Part shown: one piece after another, positions 1 to 10,350 of the stretch
How the letters are laid out: every line of letters starts with the position of its first letter
Numbering within the stretch: position 1 is the first letter of the stretch
Assembly (NCBI RefSeq): GCF_006345805.1
Contig: NC_042999.1
Coordinates: 91,698,001-91,762,000 of the forward strand
Reading direction: 5' to 3'
Length of the DNA: 64,000 bases
Origin: Octopus sinensis
Taxonomy: Eukaryota
Program-made: the position numbers and the translations under genes
The notes under the pieces: generated by a model
What the model was told of the DNA's origin: nothing
Seen by the model: the letters and a program-made list of their open reading frames with translations, nothing else
Database searches by the model: none

Positions 1-143
1 GTGGTGAGTCTGCAATATGTAGCCATTAGCCGTGATAAATAATTGACACGGCATTAGATTAGCGAAAAATACATTGCGAGGATTTTGTGATATATAAATA
101 TATCTAAACAAAATATACAGTCTAAAAAAAGTAATGATAACAA

Positions 144-173
144 ATGATAATAATAATAATAATAATAATAATG

Positions 174-220
<47 letters not shown>
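144..220. repeat. (AAT)n microsatellite
   Basis: Direct reading; it precedes an R4/Dong 3' stub. Confidence 0.97.
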
Positions 221-224
<4 letters not shown>

Positions 225-486
225 CTGAAAACAGAAACAATTCCTATTATAGTAGGTGCATTAGGCATGATAAAAAAATATTCAGACAAATACATAACAA
301 AAACACCAGGACTTACAAACACATATAACATACAGAAAATTGCACTACTAGGCACATCACACATCCTACGCAGAACACTTTCCATACAATAACTATCAGA
401 GCATCACAACAAATCACAGCACATACCCAAGGCACACAGAGCTGCGCTCGGTAGTGAAGTGAAAGCACGCTATAAAAATAAAACTA

Positions 487-490
<4 letters not shown>
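221..490 (+). mobile_element. R4/Dong-clade LINE, 3' stub (end of endonuclease domain + 3' UTR)
   Basis: Encodes NLKTETIPIIVGALGMIKK...KIALLGTSHILRRTLSIQ*. It differs from 4254-4523 at 8 positions (counted by eye) and is followed by an (AAT)n tail. Confidence 0.93.
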
Positions 491-526
<36 letters not shown>

Positions 527-543
527 TAATAATAATAATAATA
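491..543. repeat. (AAT)n tract: tail of the upstream stub and 5' flank of the full-length element
   Basis: Direct reading. Confidence 0.95.
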
Positions 544-3500
544 ACGGGGACGTTTAAGAGAAGACACCGGGGACGTTTAAGATGTAAGAAGGAAAATACA
601 GAGCTCCAAAATCTATCCACAAACATCGAAAACAAGGACACCCTATGGAGCCAAAGATTTACTAACAAAGAATTGGACTATATCCGAGTAAGTAATACGA
701 ATTGAAATTTATTACTATTTTCGAAACGAAATGATGTATTTTGACTCGATATTATCTCCACCTCTAACACAACACATGTAAACATGCGTGGAACAACACG
801 ATCATCCCCGACCTCAAACACCATGTACAAAGGAACTACGAGGAAATTAAATGCCACCGATACTATTCAACCCAAGAATAACAATCGAGCGGTACGTACA
901 TTAAACCTACAACAAAAAATGTACGAAAAACTACACGTGCGAAATAATGTGACAACAGAAATAAACGGACCGGTACCCTACGAAAATGACGACCGTCAAA
1001 ATAATGGGCCGGACGTTGTACCTCATGTCCCGCAATTAAAACCCAAAAGACGTAAATGGACACGTGAGGAATACATTTCTATCTTACACGCATACTTCAC
1101 AGCAATGCTCTACCCACAAAATGAAAATACAACAACACATACATATAAAATATGGAAGGAAAATAATAGAGATATAGACTTGAATACAGCAATGAACCCT
1201 AATAAATTAGCTAACGTACGAAGATACATTCTCAACACAAAAAAAATATCAGAAATAGAAATAGAACATTTAAAAGAAAAAAATACACCAGGAAAATGTA
1301 GATAGAAGCCACACAACAATGCCCAATAATATAAACACTGAAACTGTAAAACACGAAGACAAACGCAACATTCCCAACAAACACGATGTAAACAACGAAG
1401 GGGAGCCTAATGATTATGATAATATAAAAAATAAAATAATCAAAGAACTAAAAACCACAGAGCTCAAAATGGACCACCGACCATACCTCCCAAGAATAAA
1501 AATAAACGCAATAACAACACCAATTATAAACAACATAAACCTAGCCGTCACTGAACTAGCCACTGAAACAAAAAAAGTGATATCACTGAACTAACTGACT
1601 TGATATACGCAGCAGCCACTGCAGCCACAAAAGAAGCTGGATACTCACCCAAACCCGCCCAAACAGGAGTACCACCACCCAAACAAACCCTGTGGATAAA
1701 TAACATCCAAAACAAAATAAAAAAAATTAGAAAAGACCTGTCGATTCTTAATGAAATCAGCAAACAAGCAACGCTACTGAGCAACAAAAAGAGAACAAAA
1801 ATGCTCCGCAAATATAACATCACAGAAAAAGATTTGCCGGAGATAAAAGAAAAGCTGAAGCAAGATATCCTTGCCAAAGCTCAAAGGATCCGCCGGTACG
1901 AGAAACGCCAACGCTTCTTTGAACAGAACAAAAAGTTCAACTCCGACCCCAAAAAGTTCTACCAAGAACTGGGCAAAAATAAAATAGAAGTCACTGCAGC
2001 ACCAACGGCAGAAGAATTGGAAGAATTCTGGAAACAAATATGGTCGGCGAACGAACAGCCAAAAAAAAGGAGTATGAAAATAACAAACTCGGCATCTGAA
2101 CAACTTTGGACCCCCATAACAACTGAAGAGGTCACCCAGGCACTGCAAAAACTAAGCAACTGGAAGGCACCTGGGCATGACAAGATCCCCAACTTCTGGT
2201 TGAAATATCTAACAGGAATGCACAAAAAGCTGGCTGAAAACTTTAACAGCATACTAGCAGAGCCAGAGACAATGCCTGAATGGCTCACGAAGGGGAAAAG
2301 CATCTTAATTCCCAAATCAACTGAAACAACAAAACCAGAAAACTACAGACCAATAACCTGCCTCCCTACTATGTTCAAGGCATTTACTGCAGTGATATCG
2401 CAAAGGCTGAACAAGCACCTGGACGAAAACAAACTGTTCCCAGAAGAGCAGAAAGGATGCCGCAAGGGCTCATATGGCTGTAAAGATCAACTAATGATTA
2501 ATAAAGCCGTAACTGAAGACAGCCACAGAAAGAAGAAAGGCCTCAGTATGGCCTGGATTGACTACAAAAATGCGTTTGATAGCATCCCCCACACATGGAT
2601 CCTCGAAACACTAGCCATTAACAAAGTAGCACCAACAATCATAAAATTCATAGAGCACTCTATGAATAAATGGCAAACAGTCCTACACCTCCAAACAAAA
2701 GAGGGACTCATGAAAACCAAAGACATCCCCATTAGAAGAGGAATATTCCAGGGAGACACGCTATCTCCACTCCTTTTCTGCTTGGCACTGTCACCTCTAT
2801 CTGATATGCTAAATAGAACTGGATGCGGATATAAATGTTACGGCAAAACGATCAGCCACCTTTTATATATGGATGACCTAAAACTATACACTGCAAATGA
2901 CAAACAGCTGGAAACACTATTAAAGACAGTTCATGGATTTACCAAAGAAATAGATATGAAATTTGGATTAGAAAAATGCGCCAAAGTAACCATGAAAAGA
3001 GGAAAACTAGTTAAGAGTAACAACATCACACTAGATAAAACCAATGAAATAAAAGAATTAGACCAAAGCCAAACTTACAAATACTTAGGAATCCATGAAC
3101 TAGATAAGACACAACACACACAAATGAAAGAGAAAATAAAAAAAGAATATTATAGACGAGTTAGATCAATACTAAAACAGAGCTCAATGCTAAAAACAAG
3201 ATAATAGGTATCAACACTTTAGCTGTCCCAGTTATAAGTTACAGCTACAATATCCTTAACTGGACACGAAATGAACTGTCCAAAATAGATAGGAAAACAA
3301 GAAAAATACTGACAGGATCTAGGATGCATCACCCAAAATCTGACATAGAAAGACTATATATACAACGTATAGAAGGTGGTAGAGGCCTTATACAGCTGGA
3401 AAACTACTATAAAATAACCACCATAGGACTGCAAAAATACCTACTTCAGAAGGAAGGAAAACTGATCCAGATAGCGGCAAAACACGAGCAAAACAAAAAA

Positions 3501-4523
3501 CTGTTCTCAGTATTTAAGGAAGCTGACAAATACAAACAAGAAATCATACCACCTAATAAACACAAAGAAGAAGAAGAAGATGATGAAGAAACAACAAAAG
3601 CTATAAAACAAATGAAATCCAAACTAAAAATAGAACAGCAACGAGCCATGATAAAACGATGGCAAGAAAAGCCCCTTCATGGTAAATACTGCACTAAACT
3701 AAACGCAAAAGAAATAGACAAAGAAAAATCCCAGCAATGGTTGAGAAGCTCAGGACTCAAAGCAGAAACAGAGGGATTTTTAATTGCAGCACAAGACCAA
3801 AGCCTCCCCACCAGAAATTACCAAAAACATATAATGAAAAGAAATATTACAAGTAACTGCAGAATATGTGGAGATGGACAAGAAACAATAAATCATATTA
3901 TCTCTAGCTGCCCAGTCCTGGCTAAGAAGGAATATATTCACAGACATGACAGAGTTGGAACCTACATACATTGGAAGCTATGCCAACATTATGGAATAAC
4001 AACAGAAAAAAGATGGTATAGGCACACACCAGAAAAGGTCACAGAAAACGAGAAAGCACCATACTCTGGGATATGCCGATACACACAGATAGAGAAATTA
4101 AGGCCAACAGACCAGATATAGTTGTCAGAGATCATGAAGAAAAAAAATGCTTTCTAATTGATGTATCAATACCGGCAGATGTCAACGTGTCTCTAAAAGA
4201 AATGGAGAAACTCTCAAAATACAAAGACCTGGAAATAGAGGTAACTAGAATGTGGAACCTGAAAACAGAAACAATTCCTATCATAGTAGGCGCATTAGGC
4301 ATGATAAAAAAATATTCAGACAAATACATAACAAAAACATCAGGACTTACAAACACATATAACATACAGAAAATTGCACTACTAGGCACTGCACACATCC
4401 TACGCAGAACACTTTCCATACAATAACCATCAGAGCATCATAACAAATCACAGCACATACCCAAGGCACACAGAGCTGCGCTCGGTAGTGAAGTGAAAGC
4501 ACGCTATAAAAATAAAACTACTG
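544..4523 (+). mobile_element. Apparently full-length R4/Dong-clade non-LTR retrotransposon (RLE type) inserted in (AAT)n
   Basis: ~240-nt leader, one long ORF in pieces, ~97-nt 3' UTR, AAT repeats on both sides. The single-ORF RT-CCHC-RLE layout and the TAA-microsatellite target match the Dong lineage of the R4 clade (established knowledge). Confidence 0.92.
784..4426 (+). pseudogene. Reverse transcriptase / CCHC / restriction-like endonuclease polyprotein, ~1214 aa after correcting four 1-nt frameshifts
   Basis: ORF-track pieces 784-1305, 1319-1594, 1600-3204, 3324-4121 and 4073-4426 join via +1, -1, -1, -1 shifts. Motifs: N-terminal RRKWTREE; YRPITCLPT; WIDYKNAFDSIPH; GIFQGDTLSPLLF; YMDD at 2866-2877; FGLEKC; YKYLG; CRICG..ETINHIISSC at 3858-3911; RPDIVV..IDVSIPAD..EKLSKYKDL. 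Confidence 0.93.
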
Positions 4524-4574
4524 AATAATAATAATAATAATAATAATAGTAATAATAATAATAATAATAATAAT

Positions 4575-4615
<41 letters not shown>

Positions 4616-4617
4616 TA
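4524..4617. repeat. (AAT)n tract between two convergent LINE 3' ends
   Basis: Direct reading. Confidence 0.95.
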
Positions 4618-4619
4618 AT

Positions 4620-6352
4620 ATTTTCTTTATTAGCCACAAGGGCCGAACACAAAAACAAAGAAAGACAATACAATAGGTGGTGCTTGACACAATGTCGAGT
4701 ATACAATAAATAGCAATAACAATAAAATTAAAGAATAAGAATTCCCCTAGAAGTAGACAGGGACAGTCGAGGAACTCCATACATCCTGGTTACCCCGACA
4801 TCCAGGTGCACCCCAGCAGGTGCCTCTCTCCTTCGTAACATCTCCCGTTTGCAAGCGAAGGTTCAGTGTAGGTCCATTCACACAAGCAATCCTCGCAACC
4901 CTCACACACTTTTCAACAAAAATACAGGTGGGGCAGAACTTCTCTCTCGACCCTCAATTTCCTTTTGAAGTGGAACTTAAAAAAGGTGAAGAGGGCTCGA
5001 AAGCAGAGGATAGTATCTGTCTTCAGTCCTTTCCGTCTCGTGCAGCATACTATCTCCCTTGCCATAGCCACAAAATAGAGGAAAACTACCTTTCCTTCTC
5101 TGCCAAAAGAAGGCAGTGGGGCGATCTTCACGAAGGACTCGGCTGATAACCGTATCCGTCCTGCACGCGTCAACATCTGTTCGACAAAGCTCCACAAGTG
5201 AGTAATGCCCGGATGCTGGACAAGTCCATGCAGGATGGATTCGTCGCTCTGGGCCCACCTTGGACAGCACTTCAGTGTCTGTAGAACTTGTCTCGAACCA
5301 GCATTGCCAGGTCAAGGATTTCTGTAAGTTATCCATACGATTCAGCATGAAAGTCCTCCAGAAAAGACTAGTTAATTCATCCCTCCCGACGGCCAGAGTT
5401 TTCCCAAGGACGTCGTCGCTCTTGTCCATCACTACTCCTCTGTAGAACTCCATAGTAGAACTTCCACTGACCGCATTGCCCGACTGGCAGAGACCAGTGA
5501 GCGTTTGCCTACCCTGCGGGTGCCAAGCACCCTTTCTTGGTCTACGCCTGATCTAGTACTGTAGCTCAGTCAATGAGACGAGATGCGGAAAATCCTGTCT
5601 GACAGACGCTTATTATTAAGAAAACCTTGAAAATGTCGCAGTCTCAGCGCAACTCTGCATATCACAAGCCACGGCATGCCAATCCTCTATTCAGCGGCTG
5701 CTGACAACAGACAGACCGTCTAACGAACGGAACACGTCCCTTCCATAGAAATTGGTAGAGCAAGGATCGATGGTCAGGAGGTAGTTGCCGATGGAAATTA
5801 TGTGCGCATTCTCCACCTCCATCACACTCTTCAGGGACAGCTTCCTTTCTGCCCATTTCTGCGTGAGACTGGCGACCTTGCTCGTAACCTCTACCATTTC
5901 TGTCCTCCTAGAGGTCCAGACCTAACCAAATCAAACGCAGAACAATTTAAACGGCCCTTTCATCCATTCCCCTACAACGCTGTCGGTTGACATAAACCTG
6001 CCTATCCAGGTGCCGAGCTGCAGGCCCTTCAACTTGTCCTGTGAGTGCTTCGCACTCCTTAATTGAGTGCCGATCACCTCTATTTCTGAGCTGTCCGACA
6101 GTATTACGGCAACGTCATCGGCGTAACCCATCACGAACCTTTCGCATCTTAGATCACGCGGGGTGCCCTTCGAAATATCCCACTTCTTCGGTAATAGCTC
6201 CAGAACCAGCACATATAGACAGGGTGAGAGTAGGCAACCTTGACCGACCGAAAGGGCGATGCCAAACGATTCCGATACGTGGCCGTTTACTTTGGCCACC
6301 GAACAGATGTCGTTGTACATTCCAGCCATTGAAATTGGGACTGAAACCGGCC
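4620..6352 (-). mobile_element. Tx1/L1-clade LINE, decayed and 5'-truncated (RT C-half + zinc-knuckle region + 3' UTR)
   Basis: Minus-strand peptides GFSPNF, GQGCLLSPCLYVLVLELL, GYADDVAVIL, QKWAERKLSLK, CCQQPLNRGL and CPRWAQSDESILHGLVQ (degenerate CCHC). An AATAAA lies just before the (ATT)n on the minus strand. Confidence 0.8.
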
Positions 6353-6354
6353 AC

Positions 6355-7840
6355 TGTGAAATTAAACAACCTATGGTTTATGGAAGACCTAAAGCTATTT
6401 GCTAAGACTGAGAAAGAAAGTGAGAGTTTGACGGCAACTGTGCAGATGATTAACAAAGATCTTGGCATGGAATTTGGGATAGAGAAATATGATATAATTA
6501 TTTTCAGAAGGGGGATAATCAGTGAAAAGCATGGGATCAAGGTGGAAAGTGGCGAAACTATAAAGGAAGTTGGAGTCGAAGGATATATAGTACCTGAGTA
6601 TCATTGAAAGAGATAAGATGAATGAACCCAAGATGAAAGAAATGTACACGTGAGAGTATTTGAGGAGAACTTGGCTTGTGCTCCAATCGAAGCTAAATAG
6701 CTGCTATAAGATTAGAGCAATTAACACGTGGGCTGTTGCTTTGATGAGATATGGGGCAGGAATAGTATCTTGGAAGAAGCATAAATTACAAGAGATAGAC
6801 GAGAGAACACGTAAATTAATGACAATGAACAAGGAACTACATGCCAAAAGTGATGTGTCAAGATTGCATGTAAAGAGGAAAGGAGGACGGGGATTGGTGT
6901 ATTGTGAAGGTTGTGTAAGGAAAGGGGAGAATAGCCTCACTGGTTATGTCAAGAGGAGGAAAGAAGAAATGATTGAAGCAGTGAAAATGCAGGGAACCTT
7001 AAAAGTGAACAAAGCCGCAGATCCAACATAATTTAAGAAAGACCAGATGAAGAAAATTTGGCAGGACAAGAAAATGCACGGCCAGTTCTTGAAGAATAAA
7101 GAAGAGATTGATTGGAATAGAGCCTGGCAATAGCTGCAGAAAGAAGACCTAACAGAGCCCACTGAGGCATTAGTGTGAAGCGCTCAACAAGGGAGAAAGT
7201 ATAAGCCATATTGTTAGTGAGTGCTGTAAGCTCGCGCAACGCGAATATAAAAGGAGACACGACAATGTGGTCATATATGTCCACTTGCTGTTGTGCGGTA
7301 AAGCAAAACTCGGGAGAGCCGAACGATTGTATGAGCACAAGCCAGAGGGAGTAATGGAAAACGAACATTACAAAATACTCTGGGATTTCAACGTAAAGTG
7401 CAACCAAGCCATAGAGGTGAGACGGCCAAATATCGTGATCATCCATAAAGATGAAAAAGAAGCAAAGTTAATGGACGTTGCAATATTAGGAGATTTCAGG
7501 ATGAAATGTAAGGAATCAGAAAAGAGTGAGAAATACCAGCTACTGCGGGACGAGATAGGAAAGTTATGGGGCATGAAGAAAGTAATAGTAATACCGGTGG
7601 TAATTGGGGTATTACGAGCAGTTTCCAAGAGCTTTAAAACACATGTTAAGAATATTGGAGTTGCTGCCAGGCTCAAAGTGATCCAGAAGACAAGATTGTT
7701 GTGTACAGCTTGCATTCTAAGGAGAGTATTGTCTCCTTGAGTCACAGAAGAAGGCACTACTTGAAATCATTGGGGATTTGGTATTGCCTACTTTCAAGTA
7801 AAGAATAACCGGTAATTAAGAACTAACCGAGAAGCTTTCA
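6355..7840 (+). mobile_element. Decayed R4/Dong-clade LINE, 5'-truncated at the RT catalytic motif (different subfamily from 544-4523)
   Basis: LWFMEDLKLF, EFGIEK, IRAINTWAVALMRYGAG, LHAKSDVSRLHV, KMHGQF, ILWDFNVKC..RPNIVII..DVAI..KSEKYQLL, VIPVVIGVL; (AAC)/(AAT) tail. Confidence 0.88.
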
Positions 7841-7854
7841 TAACAACAACAACG

Positions 7855-7917
<63 letters not shown>
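7841..7917. repeat. (AAC)n-(AAT)n tract
   Basis: Direct reading. Confidence 0.95.
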
Positions 7918-8240
7918 GAGAAAGAACGCAAACGATGCTGCATCATAGATGTAGCATGCCCAGCTGACAACAAGGTATGCTATAAGAAAGAAAGAAAAGT
8001 CGATAAATATGACCGCTTAGCTTGGGAGGTTAAGCAGTTGTGATCGTGGAAAAAGGTGGTAGTAGTACCAATAATTGTCGGAACCCTGGGAACAGTGAGT
8101 AAAAATCTTCAGAACTAAATGGAACACTGCTTGGAACCACTCGAATACACCGGATGATGCTCGAAAAATAAGGAATGTAACATTTGTTCACTGGTAGTAA
8201 ACATCTGGCACCGCAATGCATCTACAGTGTTAGAAGCTAT
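7918..8240 (+). mobile_element. R4/Dong-clade 3' stub (endonuclease end + 3' UTR)
   Basis: CCIIDVACPADNKV..DKYDRLAWEVKQL*..VVVVPIIVGTLGTV; same subfamily as the fragment in 20165-21132. Confidence 0.85.
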
Positions 8241-8243
8241 GTA

Positions 8244-8274
<31 letters not shown>

Positions 8275-8297
8275 TTATTATTATTATTATTATTATT

Positions 8298-8333
<36 letters not shown>

Positions 8334-8395
8334 TAGTAGTAGTAGTAGTAGTAGTAATGATGATGTTGATTATGATGATGATGATGATGATAGTA
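8240..8395. repeat. Compound microsatellite (AAT)-(ATT)-(GTA)-(GAT)
   Basis: Direct reading. Confidence 0.95.
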
Positions 8396-9117
8396 TTGTA
8401 CTGGCAGCGCAGGACCAAGCACTGACTATGAATGAAAAAGTGTTTCCGCTGTGCCGAATCTGCAATAGAATGGACGAAACCATTGCCCATATCACGAAGG
8501 AAGGTCCTAGACTTGCCCAAAACCATAACAACCCACTACACTTTTTGGCGACACAACCAGATAGCGAAAGTGCTACATTGGAAACTGTGCGGAAAGTGGG
8601 GCTACAGAGACGCATGACGTTGTATGAGCACAAATTGCAGAGTCAGAGACTAGAAAAAGTATCTGGGATTTCCTAATCCAAACAGATCAGATGCTAGAGC
8701 ATAACAGACCGACCTAGTTGTGGTGGACAAGGTGCACCACATATGCTATATAGTTGATGTTGCATGACTCTTTGACCCACGATTATTCAAGAAGGAAGGC
8801 GAAGAGATAGACAAATACAACCCACTTAAGTACGAAATAGTCTGGCTATGGAAAATGAAGAAGGTTAAGATAGTGCCAATTATCGTTGGGGCCTTAAGAA
8901 CAGTATCAGAAGGCATCTAGAGGAATATGAAAAAAATTGGAATAGAGAAGACTGTAGAACTGTTACAAGAGGATGCCTACTTGGTACCTCCAGAATAATC
9001 AGGAAAGTATTAAATAGCTGAAAAGAACGAATAGCATGGTACCGTAGGCCGCAGATAGTAAGCTCGCTAGGCATGCAAGACTCCAGGAGCTCCAACCAAA
9101 CCTGTGATAAAAAAGAA

Positions 9118-9118
<1 letters not shown>
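8396..9118 (+). mobile_element. Decayed R4/Dong-clade 3' fragment (CCHC + RLE + 3' UTR)
   Basis: LAAQDQAL, PLCRICNRMDETIAHI, LHWKLCGKW, RPDLVVVDK..IVDVA, KYNPLKYEI, VPIIVGAL; AAT tail at 9119-9150. Confidence 0.87.
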
Positions 9119-9150
<32 letters not shown>

Positions 9151-9151
<1 letters not shown>

Positions 9152-9617
9152 TAAAAGATGGGCTACAGCAAATATTCTGCTCAATACCACAGATTTGCTT
9201 GTCAGTTGTTTGACCTTAACCAGTTGAGCATGTCCCTTAGTGGCTGACAATACGTGCATCTCTGATCACGAGCAGAAGTAGTGGGGGAGCATCATGGCCA
9301 TGTGTTGAGAGGGATTCTTTGGAGTTTGAATAATTCACCTCTGGAAACATAGGTGTTTCGTTCAACATCCTAAAGCAACCCTTATTCAGGGACCTTTTGA
9401 GCGGGATGGGCTACTCAACCTGAAGAAAATTCTAACTGGGCCCCACCTGCAAGGTCATGTGCTGTTTATCTTGATATGAGATCACCATGTCGCGCACATA
9501 TGGTTGTGATGCATGTGCCTGGTGTACCTTTATCAGACGGGTAGTCATGATGGGTATATTGGGCTTCGTATATTTTACCCCAGTGTCACTTTGATGGCAT
9601 GAACTGCTCTCTCACTC
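9151..9617 (+). mobile_element. ~470-bp non-coding interspersed element flanked by (AAT)n (called AAT-470 here), copy 1
   Basis: Near-identical to 17846-18322 and related to 41969-42443. No ORF seen. Ends ...GAACTGCTCTCTCACTC-(AAT)n. Strand is inferred from the fixed tail end. Confidence 0.85.
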
Positions 9618-9750
<133 letters not shown>

Positions 9751-9924
9751 ATTTCTATATTAGCCGTTAGGAGTTGAAAAGAGAAAAAATAAGAAATTTC
9801 ACGAAATGTTGTGAGGGGAGAGAATATTATTTGGAGTGTGAAACAAAGCTCGATTACAAATTCGAAGGGAGGGGTTAAGAAAGGATGCTCAATATATGGA
9901 ATATAAGAATTTGAAAGATACACG

Positions 9925-9955
9925 CACGTATGTATGTATGTATATATATATATAT

Positions 9956-9997
<42 letters not shown>

Positions 9998-10033
9998 GTA
10001 TATGTATATGTATGTGTATGTATATGTACATAC

Positions 10034-10091
<58 letters not shown>

Positions 10092-10112
10092 GTATGTATA
10101 TGCATGTATGTG

Positions 10113-10161
<49 letters not shown>

Positions 10162-10204
10162 GTATGTATATGTATGTGTATATGTATATATATATATATA
10201 TATA

Positions 10205-10273
<69 letters not shown>

Positions 10274-10284
10274 ATATATATATA

Positions 10285-10333
<49 letters not shown>

Positions 10334-10350
10334 ATACATATATATATATA
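9925..10350. repeat. Long (TA)n / (TATG)n microsatellite array
   Basis: Direct reading; it produces the spurious IY/MY-repeat ORFs in the track. Confidence 0.97.

Noticed and set aside
590-660. GCTCCA/TGGAGC pairing as a possible HDV-like ribozyme in the Dong leader
   Set aside because: I could not build P1.1, P2, P3 or J4/2; it is only a 6-bp stem.
544-783. 53-codon ATG-less frame (RGRLRCKKENTELQNL..ELDYIR) ending near GTAAGT (688-693), with a CTAAC at 764-768, suggesting a spliced leader
   Set aside because: The next AGs (831-832, 841-842) are out of frame for a phase-0 join and lack a pyrimidine tract. Open frames of this size are common on an A-rich strand.
863-4419. Minus-strand ORFs overlapping the Dong element (e.g. 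1774-2148, 1959-2315, 4132-4419)
   Set aside because: They are antisense shadows of an A-rich coding strand and have no motifs.
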